Source of the DNA: Blastocladiella emersonii ATCC 22665
Taxonomy: Eukaryota; Fungi; Blastocladiomycota
Direction of reading: 5' to 3'
NCBI GenBank assembly: GCA_025594325.1
Contig: JANHCV010000002.1
Location: 992,001-1,056,000, forward strand
DNA length: 64,000 nucleotides
The notes under the pieces are model-generated. The model was not told the origin of the DNA. It saw only the letters and a list, made by a program, of their open reading frames with translations, and did not search any database. The translations under genes and the position numbers were made by a program. Below are positions 9,858 through 22,040 of this stretch, piece by piece. Position 1 is the first letter of the stretch. Each line of letters opens with the position of its first letter.

Positions 9858-12800
9858 ATGGACGCCGACGAGGAGACCCCGCCGCGCCCGCTGCCTCGGC
9901 TTCCCCTCCTTCACGTCCTGGGGCTCGATGGGCCACCCACCTTCCTCCCTGTGCTGTCGCGTCCGCCCGTACGCGTTCCCGTGTCGCCGAGCGACGTCGA
10001 ACCGGTCCCGACCTCGAGCCCCGAGCGCGGCACGGCCCGCGGCGGCCCGGCGCCCGCGGTGCCCGGCACCGGCGCGAAGAAGCGCAAGCGTTCGAAGCGC
10101 AGCCACCAGCGTAGTCCGTCACGATCCCCGCCAAGGACGCCGGCCGCCATCCCGCGGCCGCAGTCGCGTCGCTCTCCGCTCCCGCCACCACCACCTCCCG
10201 CGACCGCGCCGATCGTTTCCACCAGTACCGCAAGACCGGCCGTCGGCCAGGGTGTCGATGATTCGCGTCGATCGCTCAACGCGACGGCGACCGACGTGTT
10301 TGCTTTGCCAGGACTCGATGCCGACGCGACGGACGTATTCGCGCTGCCGGGAACCGCCGTGTCCATCCCGCCCGAATCCGAGGAGGAGGACGCGCCGCCG
10401 CCACCTCCGCCAAAACGGGCCCGCAAGGGCGCCGCGCCTGCGCTGGCCTTTGTCGTCAGCAGCGACACGGACGACGGCTACGCCGATATGCGCGCGTTCC
10501 GACCCGACCCGCTCGTCGGCGTGCAATCGGAGCACCTGCGCGGCGTCCCCGACGTCCCGTCCATCCTCGACAGCCCTGGGTCCTCGCCGCTGCGCCAGTC
10601 GGTCTTCTCGCAGGACGTGCTGCTCGAGCTCCCGCCACTGCGGCCGCCGGTTTTCTCGATCCGCGATGCGTCCCCGGCCCGATCGCCGGCTGTCTCCCCG
10701 CCGAGGCCTCGCACGCCGTCGCCACCGCGACCGCCGGCGTCTTCTGTGCGAACACGACCGCCGGTGTCTCCCTCACCACCGAGAACACGACGCCCGCGCA
10801 CGCCCGACGACGACGACGTACTTCCGCCGTCGCCCGTCGTGCAGCGCGATGCGAGTTCGTCGCCCGCCGCCGACACCGTCATGGACTTTTTGCGCCTGCT
10901 CGGGTCCCCCGAGGCCGAACCCGGCATGTCTACGGCCGCGTCGCCGGCCGGGCGCCGCGAGCCGCCGAGTCCAGTGCCACGTCTCTTTGACGACGAGCTC
11001 GACGTCGAACCGGCCGACGATGGCTCGGGCCGCGCGTCGCGCAGGACGAAGCAGCTGGCCAAGCGCAAGATCGACAACATCTACGACCGCTACGGCCCCA
11101 TCGTGCGTCTTACGCGGTCGGAGCGCGGGGTCCCGGTTCCCGAGGACGACGAGCCGTCGCAGTCCCAGGCGGCCGCGTTTGACTGGGACCAGAGCTCGTC
11201 CGAGGACGACGAAGACGAAGACCCGACCATTCGCGGCCCGCTCTCGCCGCAGGACCTTGCGCTATCCCCGCCGTCACCGCGCCGCCGCCAGCGGCCGGGT
11301 GCTCGCGACTCGCCGCTGCGGGACCGCGGCCGAAGCCCGCCACCGCCATTGTCGCCGCCGAGACCCGCGTGGGACCTGTCGCCTCGTCTTCCCCCGCCGT
11401 CGCCACCACGGCGCGAGATCGCGCTCATCCCGCTGCGCCGCCCGGCGAAGCGGCGGAGGACCAACGCCGAGCCCGCCGTGCGCGATCGGCCGAGCGACCT
11501 GTTCGATCGTATGGTCGTCCGCGACCCCGCGGCCAAGTCCGGCAGCAGCGGTAGCGGTGTGTCCCGCCGCTCAGCGACTGGTACATCCTCGGGTACCCGC
11601 ACCCGGCCGCTGCTCCACTCGCTCGTCGACCCGGAGCTGCGCCAGTCACAACCGCAGTTCGTTCGCGTTGCTACGCGCTCGATCCGGCACTCGGTCGCGC
11701 GGACCTCGTCCCGCTCGTCCGCGCCAGTGAGCCCGACCACGCTCGCCCGCCGCGTGTACGGCAACCCGGCACGCAAGGTCATCCGCATCGACGGCGAGTC
11801 GGACCAGGTGCTCCGCCCGTGGCGCGAGGAGCAGGCGCGCCGCGACCCGCTCGAGCTGCCGTGGGACGGGGTTGCGCGGGGAGCGGCGTCGACGCCTGCG
11901 AAACCGCCGCGGAAGCGCGCGGCACCTGCTGCTGCCGCTGGCAGATCCCGAGGGTCACGGGCATCCGTCGTGTCGCCGCCACGCCGCCCGCGGCCGCCGC
12001 GAAAGCTCAAGGCGACGCGGCGCGGCGAGCCGGAGCCCGAGCGTCGCTCGAGTCGCAGCAGGAGCCGATCGCCGCTCGCTCGCGGTGGTGTGCGTGAGCC
12101 GCGGTCGTTCCCTGCGGCCTTCATTGACGACGGCCCCATGTCGCAGGACACGGCCGACCTCCTAGCTGACTGGTTTCCCGCGCACGAAGCGCTGCCGCTC
12201 CCACCGTCGCCGCCCGCAACTCGACCGACCGATCTCGACACGTTTACCGGTTCTGTCCCGCACAGCGGGGGCGCGCTGGCGATTCGGAGGCGCCGCGAGC
12301 CCACGTCAGCCACGGGCGCTAGCGCCGCTCGCCCGCTCAACGCGGATCCCGTCCCGCTGCGGCAGGTCCAGGTCAACGCGCTCGCCCCCGCCGACTCGTG
12401 TCTCTTCTGCATCGTCGCGCACCTGTCAGGCGACGTGCTCGAGCTGTCGCGGCCGCTGCCGCCGGACCTGGCCGCGCCGCCATCCATTGCTAGCGTTGTG
12501 ACACTCATCGAGGACTCGACTATCGATTCGCTGGATCTCGAGCGTGCGCTCGCCGTGACGCACGCTATTGGCGCGCAGTCGGCGTCGGTGGCGCCCGAGA
12601 ACCGCGCGGCTGCGGCGACGCGACTTACACGTCTGTTCGCGTCGATTCGCGAGCAGCTCCAGCAGCCCGTCGACGCCGGTCCCCCTGTCCAGCTCTTCCA
12701 GCGCGCTTCGTGGCTGGCGCTGTGGCTCACGATGCTCCACGGTTTCACGGCCGCCGTTGCGCCTGCGACCTCGATCCTCCGCACACTCCTCTCGCGCGAA

Positions 12801-15800
12801 GCGAACCCGCTGCGCTCGGGGCTCAGCGACGCGTTCCAGTCGCTCCTGCTCTGCACCCTCGTCGCCGTTCCCGACCCCACCAGCGTCTTCAACGAGGTGC
12901 TCTCCATTGCATCGCTGGGCGAGTCCGACAAGTGGCGGATCCTCGTACTCGCGCAGGCGCTCGGCCAGCTGCTGACACCGGCCAAGGTCTTCATCGCGTG
13001 GGACACTGTCCGGCAACACATGCTCCCCTCCGCCGCGCCAGCAGCGGCCACCGCCGACCAGGTCCACGCGCTGCGGCTCTCGTTCGGCCACGTCTACTTT
13101 CTCGTCGTGCACTACGTCTGGCCGGTGATCGCCGACGTGCTGCTCGCCCACCACAAGCTGTTCCTCGCACTCGCCGCCGCCGACGTCGCGTCCCCGCCGC
13201 GGCTCGGCGAGCTCTACCCGGCCGTCACGCGCAGCGCCGACCGCATGTCGATCCACGAGCAGTTCTTCTCGCTTATCGACAAGCTCGACGACTTGCGCGA
13301 GCGCCAACAGCTCGCCGTTCGGCTCCTACCGACCAAGCTCGGCGACCTCTCGACGCACGGGCAGCGACTCGTCCTCGCGCTCGTGCTGCGGTCGCAGCTC
13401 AACCCAACGCAGTTCCTCGCGCAGCTGACGGCGTCGGACGAGCTGCTCGACGTGCTGCTTCCCGAGCTGTTCGACGTCTTCTCGCAGAGCGGCCGGCTCG
13501 ATGCCGTCGCAGATCTCGTCGCGTACCTCGGCAACCAGCTCCGTACGCGGCTTGGGTCGCCCAACCCAGCCCCCTCTGCGCTGCTCTCGATCATTGCGTT
13601 GCTTCAGCGGTTCTGCGCTGTCCAGCATCAACCTGTCGAGAACTGTCTTCTGCGCCAGCACGCTGACCTGCTCGACGCGCTGCTCGCGCCGGCCACAGCG
13701 CTTCGGGTCCGGTTCGCCGCGGTTGACCTGATCACGACGCTGGTGGGCCGCTACGCCGTGTTCCCGCAGCCGCGGCTGCCGGGTGCTCCGTGGGACGTGA
13801 CGATGGCGGAGGCGGAGCCCTCGGCCTCGCAGCAGCAGCAGTTCAGCATGGGCTCGGACGACTTTGGGCTCGACGAGGACCTCTTCTTTGCCGCCATTGA
13901 GGGCGAGACGAGTTACATGAAGGAGGTACGCTCGCGTAGACCATCTTGATACACCGTCCGTCATGCTCATCCACGCCCGCATCCAGGTTGCCGCGACGTA
14001 CCAGCCCGCGATGCGCGCCATCGAGACCAACGTGCTCGCGCCGTACCCGCACGCCAACCTCGCCGAGCTGAACGGCGCGACGTCGGACCCGGACCCCGTC
14101 GCGTCGACGCAGGGTCTCTTCGTCAACGCGATCCGCACCTCGGCCCTGCTCCTAAAGCTCGCGTCGACGGGCAATCCCGACGCCTTCGCCGCGGCCGTCA
14201 ACCAGCGCATCGGCCACATTCGTTGGCCGGCCGCGACGGTCCCGCTCCCGGTCCGCAGCGCCCGCGCTATGCTCCTTGCGCTGCACCTGCTGCGCCTCGG
14301 GTGCCGCCTACCGGAGCAGAAGCTCACGGAGCTGCTCGGGCTCGCGCTGTTCCAGTCCAACGCGGTGGATGCCGTCGCGGTCCCGCTCGTCCACGCGATC
14401 CTCGGCGTGTGCGGCGAGAGCGAGATGCTTGCGCCGTGCGTGGCGATGCTTGCGCGGCCGCTGCCACTCACTCGCGCTCTACTCGCTCATGGTACTCGCA
14501 TCACGTTCAGCGTCACGAATGATCGCGACTAATATTTCTCCTTCCATAGATATCATCGACGCCATCGTCAAGGACCTGCGCAACCGGCGCGCCGACTTCC
14601 GGGGCCGTGCGTTCCGCCTGCTCCCGCACCTCAAGGTCCTGCACGCGGTCATCGAGCAGGTCGCGGCTGTCGGCAGCCCCGCCGTACAGCCGATGCACGA
14701 CCTGCTCTCGGCGCTCGAGTTCGAGTCCTCGATCACGGGCCAGCAGCTCCCGCCCGACCTCGCCTCGCTCGCGTCGCTGTACCGCACGGCGCAGACACCC
14801 GCCCAGTCCATTGGTGGTGTGGTGCGCGGGCTCACCAAGGTTCTCGCCGAGATCGGCGGCCACCCAGCGGGCGGCGACCAGCACCGCCGTCGCGAGGTGC
14901 AGTACCTGCTCGGCCAGTTTGACGGGTTCTTTGACACGGCGGACGCGCGCGACCTCGCGACCGTCATGGCGCAGCGTCGACCGCCGGCGACGGTCGCGAC
15001 TGATGCGCACGCGCAGTGCGAGCGGGCGCGGTGCCCGCAAGCCGACGCGACGCGGGCCGCGCTCATCGCGCACCTCGCGGGGCAATGGATCGGCGCGGCG
15101 GCCGACTGGCAGGTCGTGGCCAAGGCGCTCCGCGTGCTCTCGCTGTGCTACGAGACGCTGGTGTTCGACTCGTGGTGTTTTTCGGAGCTCGCGCCCGTCC
15201 TCGCCGCTGGATCGGCCCGCCTCGGGTTTCTGGCGGCCATGACTCGGGTACGTCGTCGTCGTCTTTGTCCATGCTCTACTGCTGACGCTTCTCGCTGTCC
15301 AGGGCAACTCGTACGCGTGCCGCATGGTCAGCAGCGAGTTCTGGCGCCTCGTTACAGTGGCGTGCGGCCCACCGCGGTCCTCGTTCCTGTCACCCAACCC
15401 GCCGCTGCTGCTCCGCAAGCTGTTCCCGGCATCGGTCGCGCAGATGGAGCGCATCACCGGGTACGCGTGGCGCGACCGGGGTGCGTTTGCCGAGCTCGCG
15501 CGGGACTCGTCACGGCCGGCGTCGCTCGGCTGGGAGCAGGCGCTCGTGCCCCCGCAGCAGCAGCAGCACCAGCAGGTCGCGTACCACGGCGGGCTGGATC
15601 CGACGGCGGCCGACTTCTCGTCCGAGCAGGCGCGCCGCGAGGCCAACCACGCAACGCTCTCGCAGATCTTCCGCAACTGGGCCGCGTGCGTCCACGGCGA
15701 CGCCGAGATCCGCGACCTGCTCGCGCGCGAGGCCCGCAGCATCGACCTGTACCTCGGCGCAGGGCGCGGCGGCGCGGTCCACGAGCTTTGGACGACGACG

Positions 15801-15866
15801 TTCGTGCGCGAGACGGCGGGCGCGCTCGGGAGCGGGTGGAGCACCGACGAGGAGACGTGGTTGTGA
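9858..15866 (+). CDS. Large Mms22/Mus7-like DNA repair protein (multi-exon)
   Basis: Long disordered Pro/Ser/Arg N-terminus (with IDNIY and DLFDRM motifs), helical C-terminal half and acidic SQ..DDFGLDEDLF segment. Introns near 13927-13988, 14491-14548 and 15250-15300 join the ORFs. The family call rests on architecture only. Confidence 0.5.
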
Positions 15867-15908
15867 AGGAGAGAAAAATACATTTGAGATGATGCGGGTG
15901 ATGTGATA

Positions 15909-17834
15909 CTACAAGGGGTTGAACTCAACCGGCGGCGGGCCGGGCTGCGCGACGCGGCGGATCCCGGCAACCGCGACGGCCGGCGTTTGGCTCTGCTGCA
16001 GCGCACCTCCCGCCGCGGCCGGTGGCGACGAGGACCAGTTAGTCGGGATCGGGGGCCGCGCCTTGTTCGGCGGCGTGCCCGCGGCGCGCGACGCGTGGGG
16101 TCCCGTCACGCGGTACGGGTGCGAGGGGACGCTGCGCTCGGCCGAGTTGCTCCGGGCGCGCTGCGGCATGGGCGGCGGGAGCGGCGACCGCGGTGTCGGC
16201 TCGAGACCCGCGGGCGCGGGCGGCAGCGCCTCGCCGGCGCGCGCGAGCCCGCGCTGCGCGGCCGTCGGGTAGTGCATGTGCCCGCCGTCGTCGTCGTCGT
16301 CCTCGATCACCGGGTAGTTGTAGTCGCCCTTCGGGAACAGCGTGCGCGCCGTGTGGAACAGCGCGTCGTCGTCGGCGTCGGCCTCGAGCGTGAGCTCCGT
16401 CTCGGCCGACGCGTTTGGGTCGTCGGTCAGCGGTAGCCGGATCCCGCCATAGCTGGGAGTGGTTGGCGACGCCGCAGTGCGTGCAGCGGCGTTGGATGAC
16501 GACGAGGGTCCCTCGTTGCTCTCGAGCAGCGTCTCGTCCTCGTCGTCGACACCGGCCGAGTCGCCGAGATCAAGCTGTCCGCCGCGCAGCGTCCCGCTGC
16601 CGAACCCAGTCGGCGCGAACGGCGACCGCTGGCCGGACCGGCCGCCGAGCAGCGCTTCCCGCTCGCCGTCCGACGCACCCGGGCTCATGACGCGCGGCGA
16701 CAGCGGCGGCTGCGACGACGGCGCTGAAGCATACGCGTTCCCGCGGAACCGGCGGCGGAACCCGGCACGCGCGAGGAACCGTTCCCACCACACGGGCCGG
16801 TGTGCGCTGAACCGCTCGAGCAGCTCGTCGGCTGCGGTCATGGCGGCGAACCGCGTGCCCTGGATCGTGTGGCGGATGTCGCTGGCGATATCGGCGGTGC
16901 CGAGCGCGTCGCGGAGCGCGAAGCGGAGTGGGAGCCGGCCGACGTGGCTGCGGCCGTGGGGCGCGTAGTCGGCGGGCGAGAAGGCGTGGTCGTGGGCCCA
17001 CGCGGCGACGACCATCTCGAGGCAGATCAGGAAGTCGTGCAGCGCGAGGGAGATGTTGTCCACCGTGTAGTCGCCGGCTATACATCATGCGACAAGATCA
17101 GCGAGGTTCAGACGATATAGCTGGTGAAAGTACGTACACTCCTTGATGATGCCGGTGTACACGAGGATCGAGATGGCCACGCCCTGCCAAAACGAAAAAA
17201 AGATGATGGCCTTGACGCAAAGGAACTTGGGCAGCGGACTAGATTGACGCATGAGGATCAGTAAAGAGCACGTTGACGTGAACGCGGGAGGCGACGGACC
17301 GGTAAGGCCGCAAATCGTCGACGCAGGTGATGAAGAAGATGAGCAGGCAATACATGGACCACGTCACCGACACGTTGTAGAAAAAGGAGACCCACACGTA
17401 GGGCGAGGTCATGGAGATGTAGCCCTCCTGGTACCAGTCGAGCCGCTTGAGAATGAGCGTGATGGCGGCGAACAGCGGTTTCGTGATGACGAACTGGAGG
17501 ATACCGCTGTACGGAGCGATTCGGCGGTCATTACGATGACGATGGCCCATTCAGCCCAACCAGAGCGTACCGTTTCATCGAGAGAAACACGCGCGGGTTC
17601 CCGACATCCCAGCTGCGCGAAAAGAGCGACACGGGGAACGCGTGCCGCGTTGGTGGCCGCCCGTGCAGCGTTGCCAGGAGCTCGCGCTCGCCACCGAGGT
17701 ACTCGACAAGCAAGTTGAAGAAGGTGTAGATGACAAGGGCCTCGTAGAGATCGCGGACCGTCTCAATGTACTCGGCGACGTGCCGGTTGCGCAAGCTGGC
17801 GAGCGACGAGATGGCGTAGATAGGGACCCTGCGT

Positions 17835-17865
<31 letters not shown>

Positions 17866-18103
17866 ACGGGTCAGTCCGCGCGGCTCAAGGCGGTTGGCGG
17901 GCAACCGGGAGGTGCTCGTACATCCAGAATATGCGGAGGATGAGACGCTGGACGTGCGGGCGGCGGTAGCGGTACAGGTGACCGAGCATGGACCGGAACG
18001 ACATGATGCAGGCCGCGATGACGAAGAGGAGGGCCGGGTAGTAGGCGACGACGCCGATCTTCTCCCACCCCTCGGGCGAGCCGCTCTGCGCGAGCGAGTG
18101 CAT
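15909..18103 (-). CDS. TMEM184 / organic solute transporter alpha (Hfl1-like) membrane protein
   Basis: HL..YRRPHVQRLILRI..M/VPIYAISS, RDLYEALVIY.FF.LL..YLGGE, GILQFVITKP, PLPKFLCVKAIIFFSFWQG and DFLICLEM..AA..H..AF. Confidence 0.9.
17835..17860. repeat. (CA)13 microsatellite in a TMEM184 intron
   Basis: Direct reading of a 26-nt CA run. Confidence 0.95.
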
Positions 18104-18411
18104 GGTGTCGCGAGGTCTTGTTGGTGGTTTACTTTTGATTCATGGAGGGCCAGATGCCCATGCGAGAGCGAGAGCGAGAGCGCGAAGTGGAGAGGGGGCG
18201 TTTCACCCGGCGCGACGTGGCTGCGTGCTGCGCGACGCGTTGGCCCGCGCAGCAACGCGTCACCTGATGTCGGGTGGCGGCGCCTAACACGCTCCCCTTC
18301 GCTCTCGCCGAAGAACGCGTGTTGCCTGCCGTGGAGCGGGACAACGTGTGACAACGTAGCTTAACGTATCGACACCCTGAACACCAGCACCAACTTGCTG
18401 CATCATTCACC

Positions 18412-19256
18412 ATGGCCGTCCGTATGTGATCGACACGCTCGCCTGGCCGCCGCCGCACCCATGAAATGAACTCGCGATGCTGACGGGCATCCCCTGGGTC
18501 TACCCGCGACTCTCCCTCCCTCCCACAGGCGCTCAGTTCGAGAACTCCAACGACATTGGCGTGTTTGCGCGCCTGACCAACTCGTACTGCCTCGTGTCGA
18601 TTGGCGGGTCCGAGAACTTTTACTCGGTGTTCGAGGCCGAGCTCGGCGACGTGATCCCCGTGGTGCACTGCTCGGTCGCCGGCACGCGGATTGTGGGTCG
18701 CCTGACGGCGGGCAACCGCCACGGCCTGCTGCTGCCCAACACGACGACGGACCAGGAGCTGCAGCACCTGCGCAACTCGCTGCCCGACGCGGTGGCCGTG
18801 CAGCGCGTCGAGGAGCGGCTGTCGGCGCTGGGCAACGTGATTGCGTGCAACGACTACGTGGCGCTGGTGCACCCGGACATTGACCGCGAGACCGAGGAGC
18901 TGATCGCCGACGTGCTGCAGGTCGAGGTGTTCCGCCACACGGTCGCCGACAACGTGCTGGTCGGCAGCTACGCGGTGCTGTCGAACCAGGGCGGCATGGT
19001 GCACCCGCGCACCACGGTCCAGGACCAGGAGGAGCTGTCGTCGCTGCTGCAGGTGCCATTGGTCGCCGGGACCGTGAACCGCGGTTCCGACGTGCTCGGC
19101 GGCGGCCTCATCGTCAACGACTGGGCGTCTTTCGTCGGCTACGACACGACGGGTACCGAGATGTCGGTCATCGAGTCCATCTTCAAGCTGCACGACGCCG
19201 GGTCGCAGGCCATTGTCACCGACATGCGCGACTCGCTCATCGACTCGATGATGTAA
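18412..19256 (+). CDS. TIF6: Eukaryotic translation initiation factor 6; intron 18422-18528
   Basis: [94 protein letters not shown]. Confidence 0.98.
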
Positions 19257-19422
19257 AGCACTCTCGCTCCCCTCCTTGGTCGCTGCCCGCCGGCACGACC
19301 AAGTCTGTACCTCATTTGATCTTCCCCTCCATTGTGATAAATTAGTGTTACCACCCACTCCTCCTTCCCCTCGACACGCCGCTTCGCGTCGCCGCGACCG
19401 ACAGACTCCTTCACAGTACGGA

Positions 19423-20199
19423 TCAAGCGCGACGAGGCACGCGCCACCTCAACCACGTCCACCACGTTGATCTCCCCCGCGAAGGCATGCTGTAAGGCTG
19501 ATGATCTCTCCCAGATCGTGCTGGCCGGCACAAAGACCTCGCCGACGCATAGATGAACGACGCGTCGTCGTGATGGCTGTTGTCTGAGCTGCAGGGACTC
19601 GAGCGCGACGTGTGATCCGCCACCGTGATCTGATCCACACCGTTGGTCTCGCTCGCCCTCAGGACCGCGTTGGAGGACTGGTCCTGAGGTTCCCGCTCGG
19701 GACGCGCAACACGAGCTCCGAGACTGACGGTGCGAGGCGAGCAGCGATAGGAGAAGAGGAGTGACGTCGGAGAGGGGTCGGGTGGCGTCGGCCGCAGCAG
19801 CGAAGCACTCGGAGCGATCACAGCAGCATGCCCGAAACAGAACAACGCCACGAGCCGCAGCAGCGCTAAACTCGCATGACGCACGCGGGGGGAACACGCG
19901 ACCAGTTTTCCGTCGCCGCCGCCGCGAAACGACGCGACGCACGAACGTGGCCATGGCCGACGCCAGCTGCTTGGTCGGCGCAGGGCTTGATGCGTCGCCA
20001 TCCGGCGCGCTTTTGGAAGCGTCGAGGGATCCTCCTCGTCCTCGGCGTTGTTCTCGTCGCCGTCATCATCGCACGAGAGGTTCTGACGCGGCTTGCGTCG
20101 TCGCGCAGCCGCGAGCGCGAGAGGAAGGCCCGAGTATCGCGGATCACGCTCATTGGGCAGAACACGATAGCGCGTTTGTTCTTGATTTGGCGCGCTCAT
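19423..20199 (-). CDS. Possible small low-complexity hypothetical protein
   Basis: 258-aa ORF with an acidic patch (DDDGDENNAEDEED); no recognisable domain; may be non-coding. Confidence 0.25.
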   Translation of the reverse strand: MSAPNQEQTRYRVLPNERDPRYSGLPLALAAARRRKPRQNLSCDDDGDENNAEDEEDPSTLPKARRMATHQALRRPSSWRRPWPRSCVASFRGGGDGKLVACSPRVRHASLALLRLVALFCFGHAAVIAPSASLLRPTPPDPSPTSLLFSYRCSPRTVSLGARVARPEREPQDQSSNAVLRASETNGVDQITVADHTSRSSPCSSDNSHHDDASFIYASARSLCRPARSGRDHQPYSMPSRGRSTWWTWLRWRVPRRA

Positions 20200-22040
20200 G
20201 GCAGACCCGCTCCATCGTCGAGGTGTTGTGTTGAGGGCGAGGCCGCAGCGTGCAGCGGTCAGTCGCGACGCGTCGGGGCAGTGTGGTGCGGTCGGCGAGC
20301 GGCACGTGGTGTGGCGCTGCTGCGGAATGGCGAGTCAGCCTGAGTCATGGTGACGTGTGCGGTGCGACGCGGCAGGGCCCGGGTTCGCGTCGCACCACAT
20401 GCCCCCATGGCCGCCGCGCCCCTTGTCCCCTCCAAGCCCCGAACTAGAGTTTCCCCTTCGCCACCGCCGCCGCCGCCCTCGCCGCCGCCACGGCGCCGGC
20501 CGCCCGGCAAGGGTTCCGCGGCCACTGCGGTCAGGGCCGAGCGCTTCATGTCGTCGGCCGAACACGGCCGTCGTTGCCACGATGGTCTCATCGTTTCAAG
20601 GTCGCGGCCATCGTCGTCACCGCAGCAATCTCATTAGCGGCGGTGATGAAGATCCGTCGCCGGTGGCCACGGCCACGGTCGCGAGTGAACGTGGCCATGG
20701 CCACCGTGATCGCTGGCCGTGATGCGCGACGTGATCGCGACGCGTCGGCGGCTCCTGCGCGTGAAGATGAGCGCGGCCATCAGTGAAGTCGACGCTGGCG
20801 CGATTGTGCTCGACCCATAGCGTTCGAAAAGGCAACGGACCTCCATCCAGAGGCGAGCGCTACGTGTTTGCCCGTCGGCCAAAGCTGCTGCGGTTCGGAT
20901 ATCCGAGGCCGCGATTCGCCCGATCACCGAGCACTGCAGTCGGGACGGGCGGATCAGGCGGCTCGGCCAGCGCGGGAGGACCCGGAGCCGCGGCGGCCAT
21001 ATTCTGCCGGGTAGCTAGCGTTCGCGGCGGGGCGCACAAGGCGCAAGCACTCTCAAACGCTCACACGCCCAGGCGGGGGCGATTCTTCGACCGTCGAAAT
21101 CCGCAGCAGCGGGCCGCCGATGGCCATGGCCAGGGTGGATACGCCGCTATTGTTCCAGCCTCGCAGCCTTACGCGCGCGCTCCGCGCTCCGCGACACCGG
21201 GCCGTCCTTGTCGCGGCCACGGCCGGCGCTGATGGCCATCGGCCCCACTCGCTCCTGCGCCATAAGCCGCTGCGTCCCTTGTCCCTCTCTCTCCGGTCCC
21301 TCGTCCCTCGCGCACGCGCTCCTCGTCCCTCGCCGCCCAAAAGTACATATATTTATGCGCGCACCCGCTGCGGCCCTCGATCCCTTGCCGACCCTGACCG
21401 CTGACCGCCGTCGATCTTTCTCGCGTCTACTTAGTCGAGCACCTCCCTCGCCGCTCGTCCATCATCATCCCGTCCATCACCGTCGCTGCGCACCATCCAC
21501 GCTCGACGGCCACTGCGAGATCACTCTGTATCACGGCTCCCGTCCACGACCTCGTCGCGTCGCGTCGCGTCTCGCCCTCCCTCGCCATCGGCCGGAAATA
21601 GTCCTCGTCTCGCCTTGGCTCTCTCGCTCCCCCGCACCCGTCCACTATTCCTCCGCCACCGTGGGCTCGATCGCTCGGTCCACTCTCGCGTTCGCCCTCC
21701 ACCTCCACCTCCACCATCGTCCATCTCGCGATCCCGCACCGGCGTGTGATCCGCCTCGGCCGCTTCCAGCACACCACTCGTCACCGTCTCGTCTCGCGTC
21801 GCGTCGCGTGTCTCTGCCCTCTCCCTCGAGATCCCCGCCGTGGGACAATTTCCATCGCGCGCCGCAGCCCCTGTCGCTCCTCTGGCGCCGTCCCCGCCCG
21901 CCGCCCGCCGCCCGCCGCCCGCGCGCTGCATAAACGTCCTGCGATCGCGTTGCGGTTCCGGCCCTGCCACCCACCTATTCTGGACGGTCCCCGCGTCCGC
22001 GCCGACATCACCGTGACCAGCATCCCTCCACCCGCACGCC

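Noticed and set aside
19139-19954. 271-aa minus-strand ORF with a beta-rich-looking C-terminus
   Set aside because: It overlaps the eIF6 3' end and its AT-rich 3' UTR, lacks host codon bias and has no recognisable motif.
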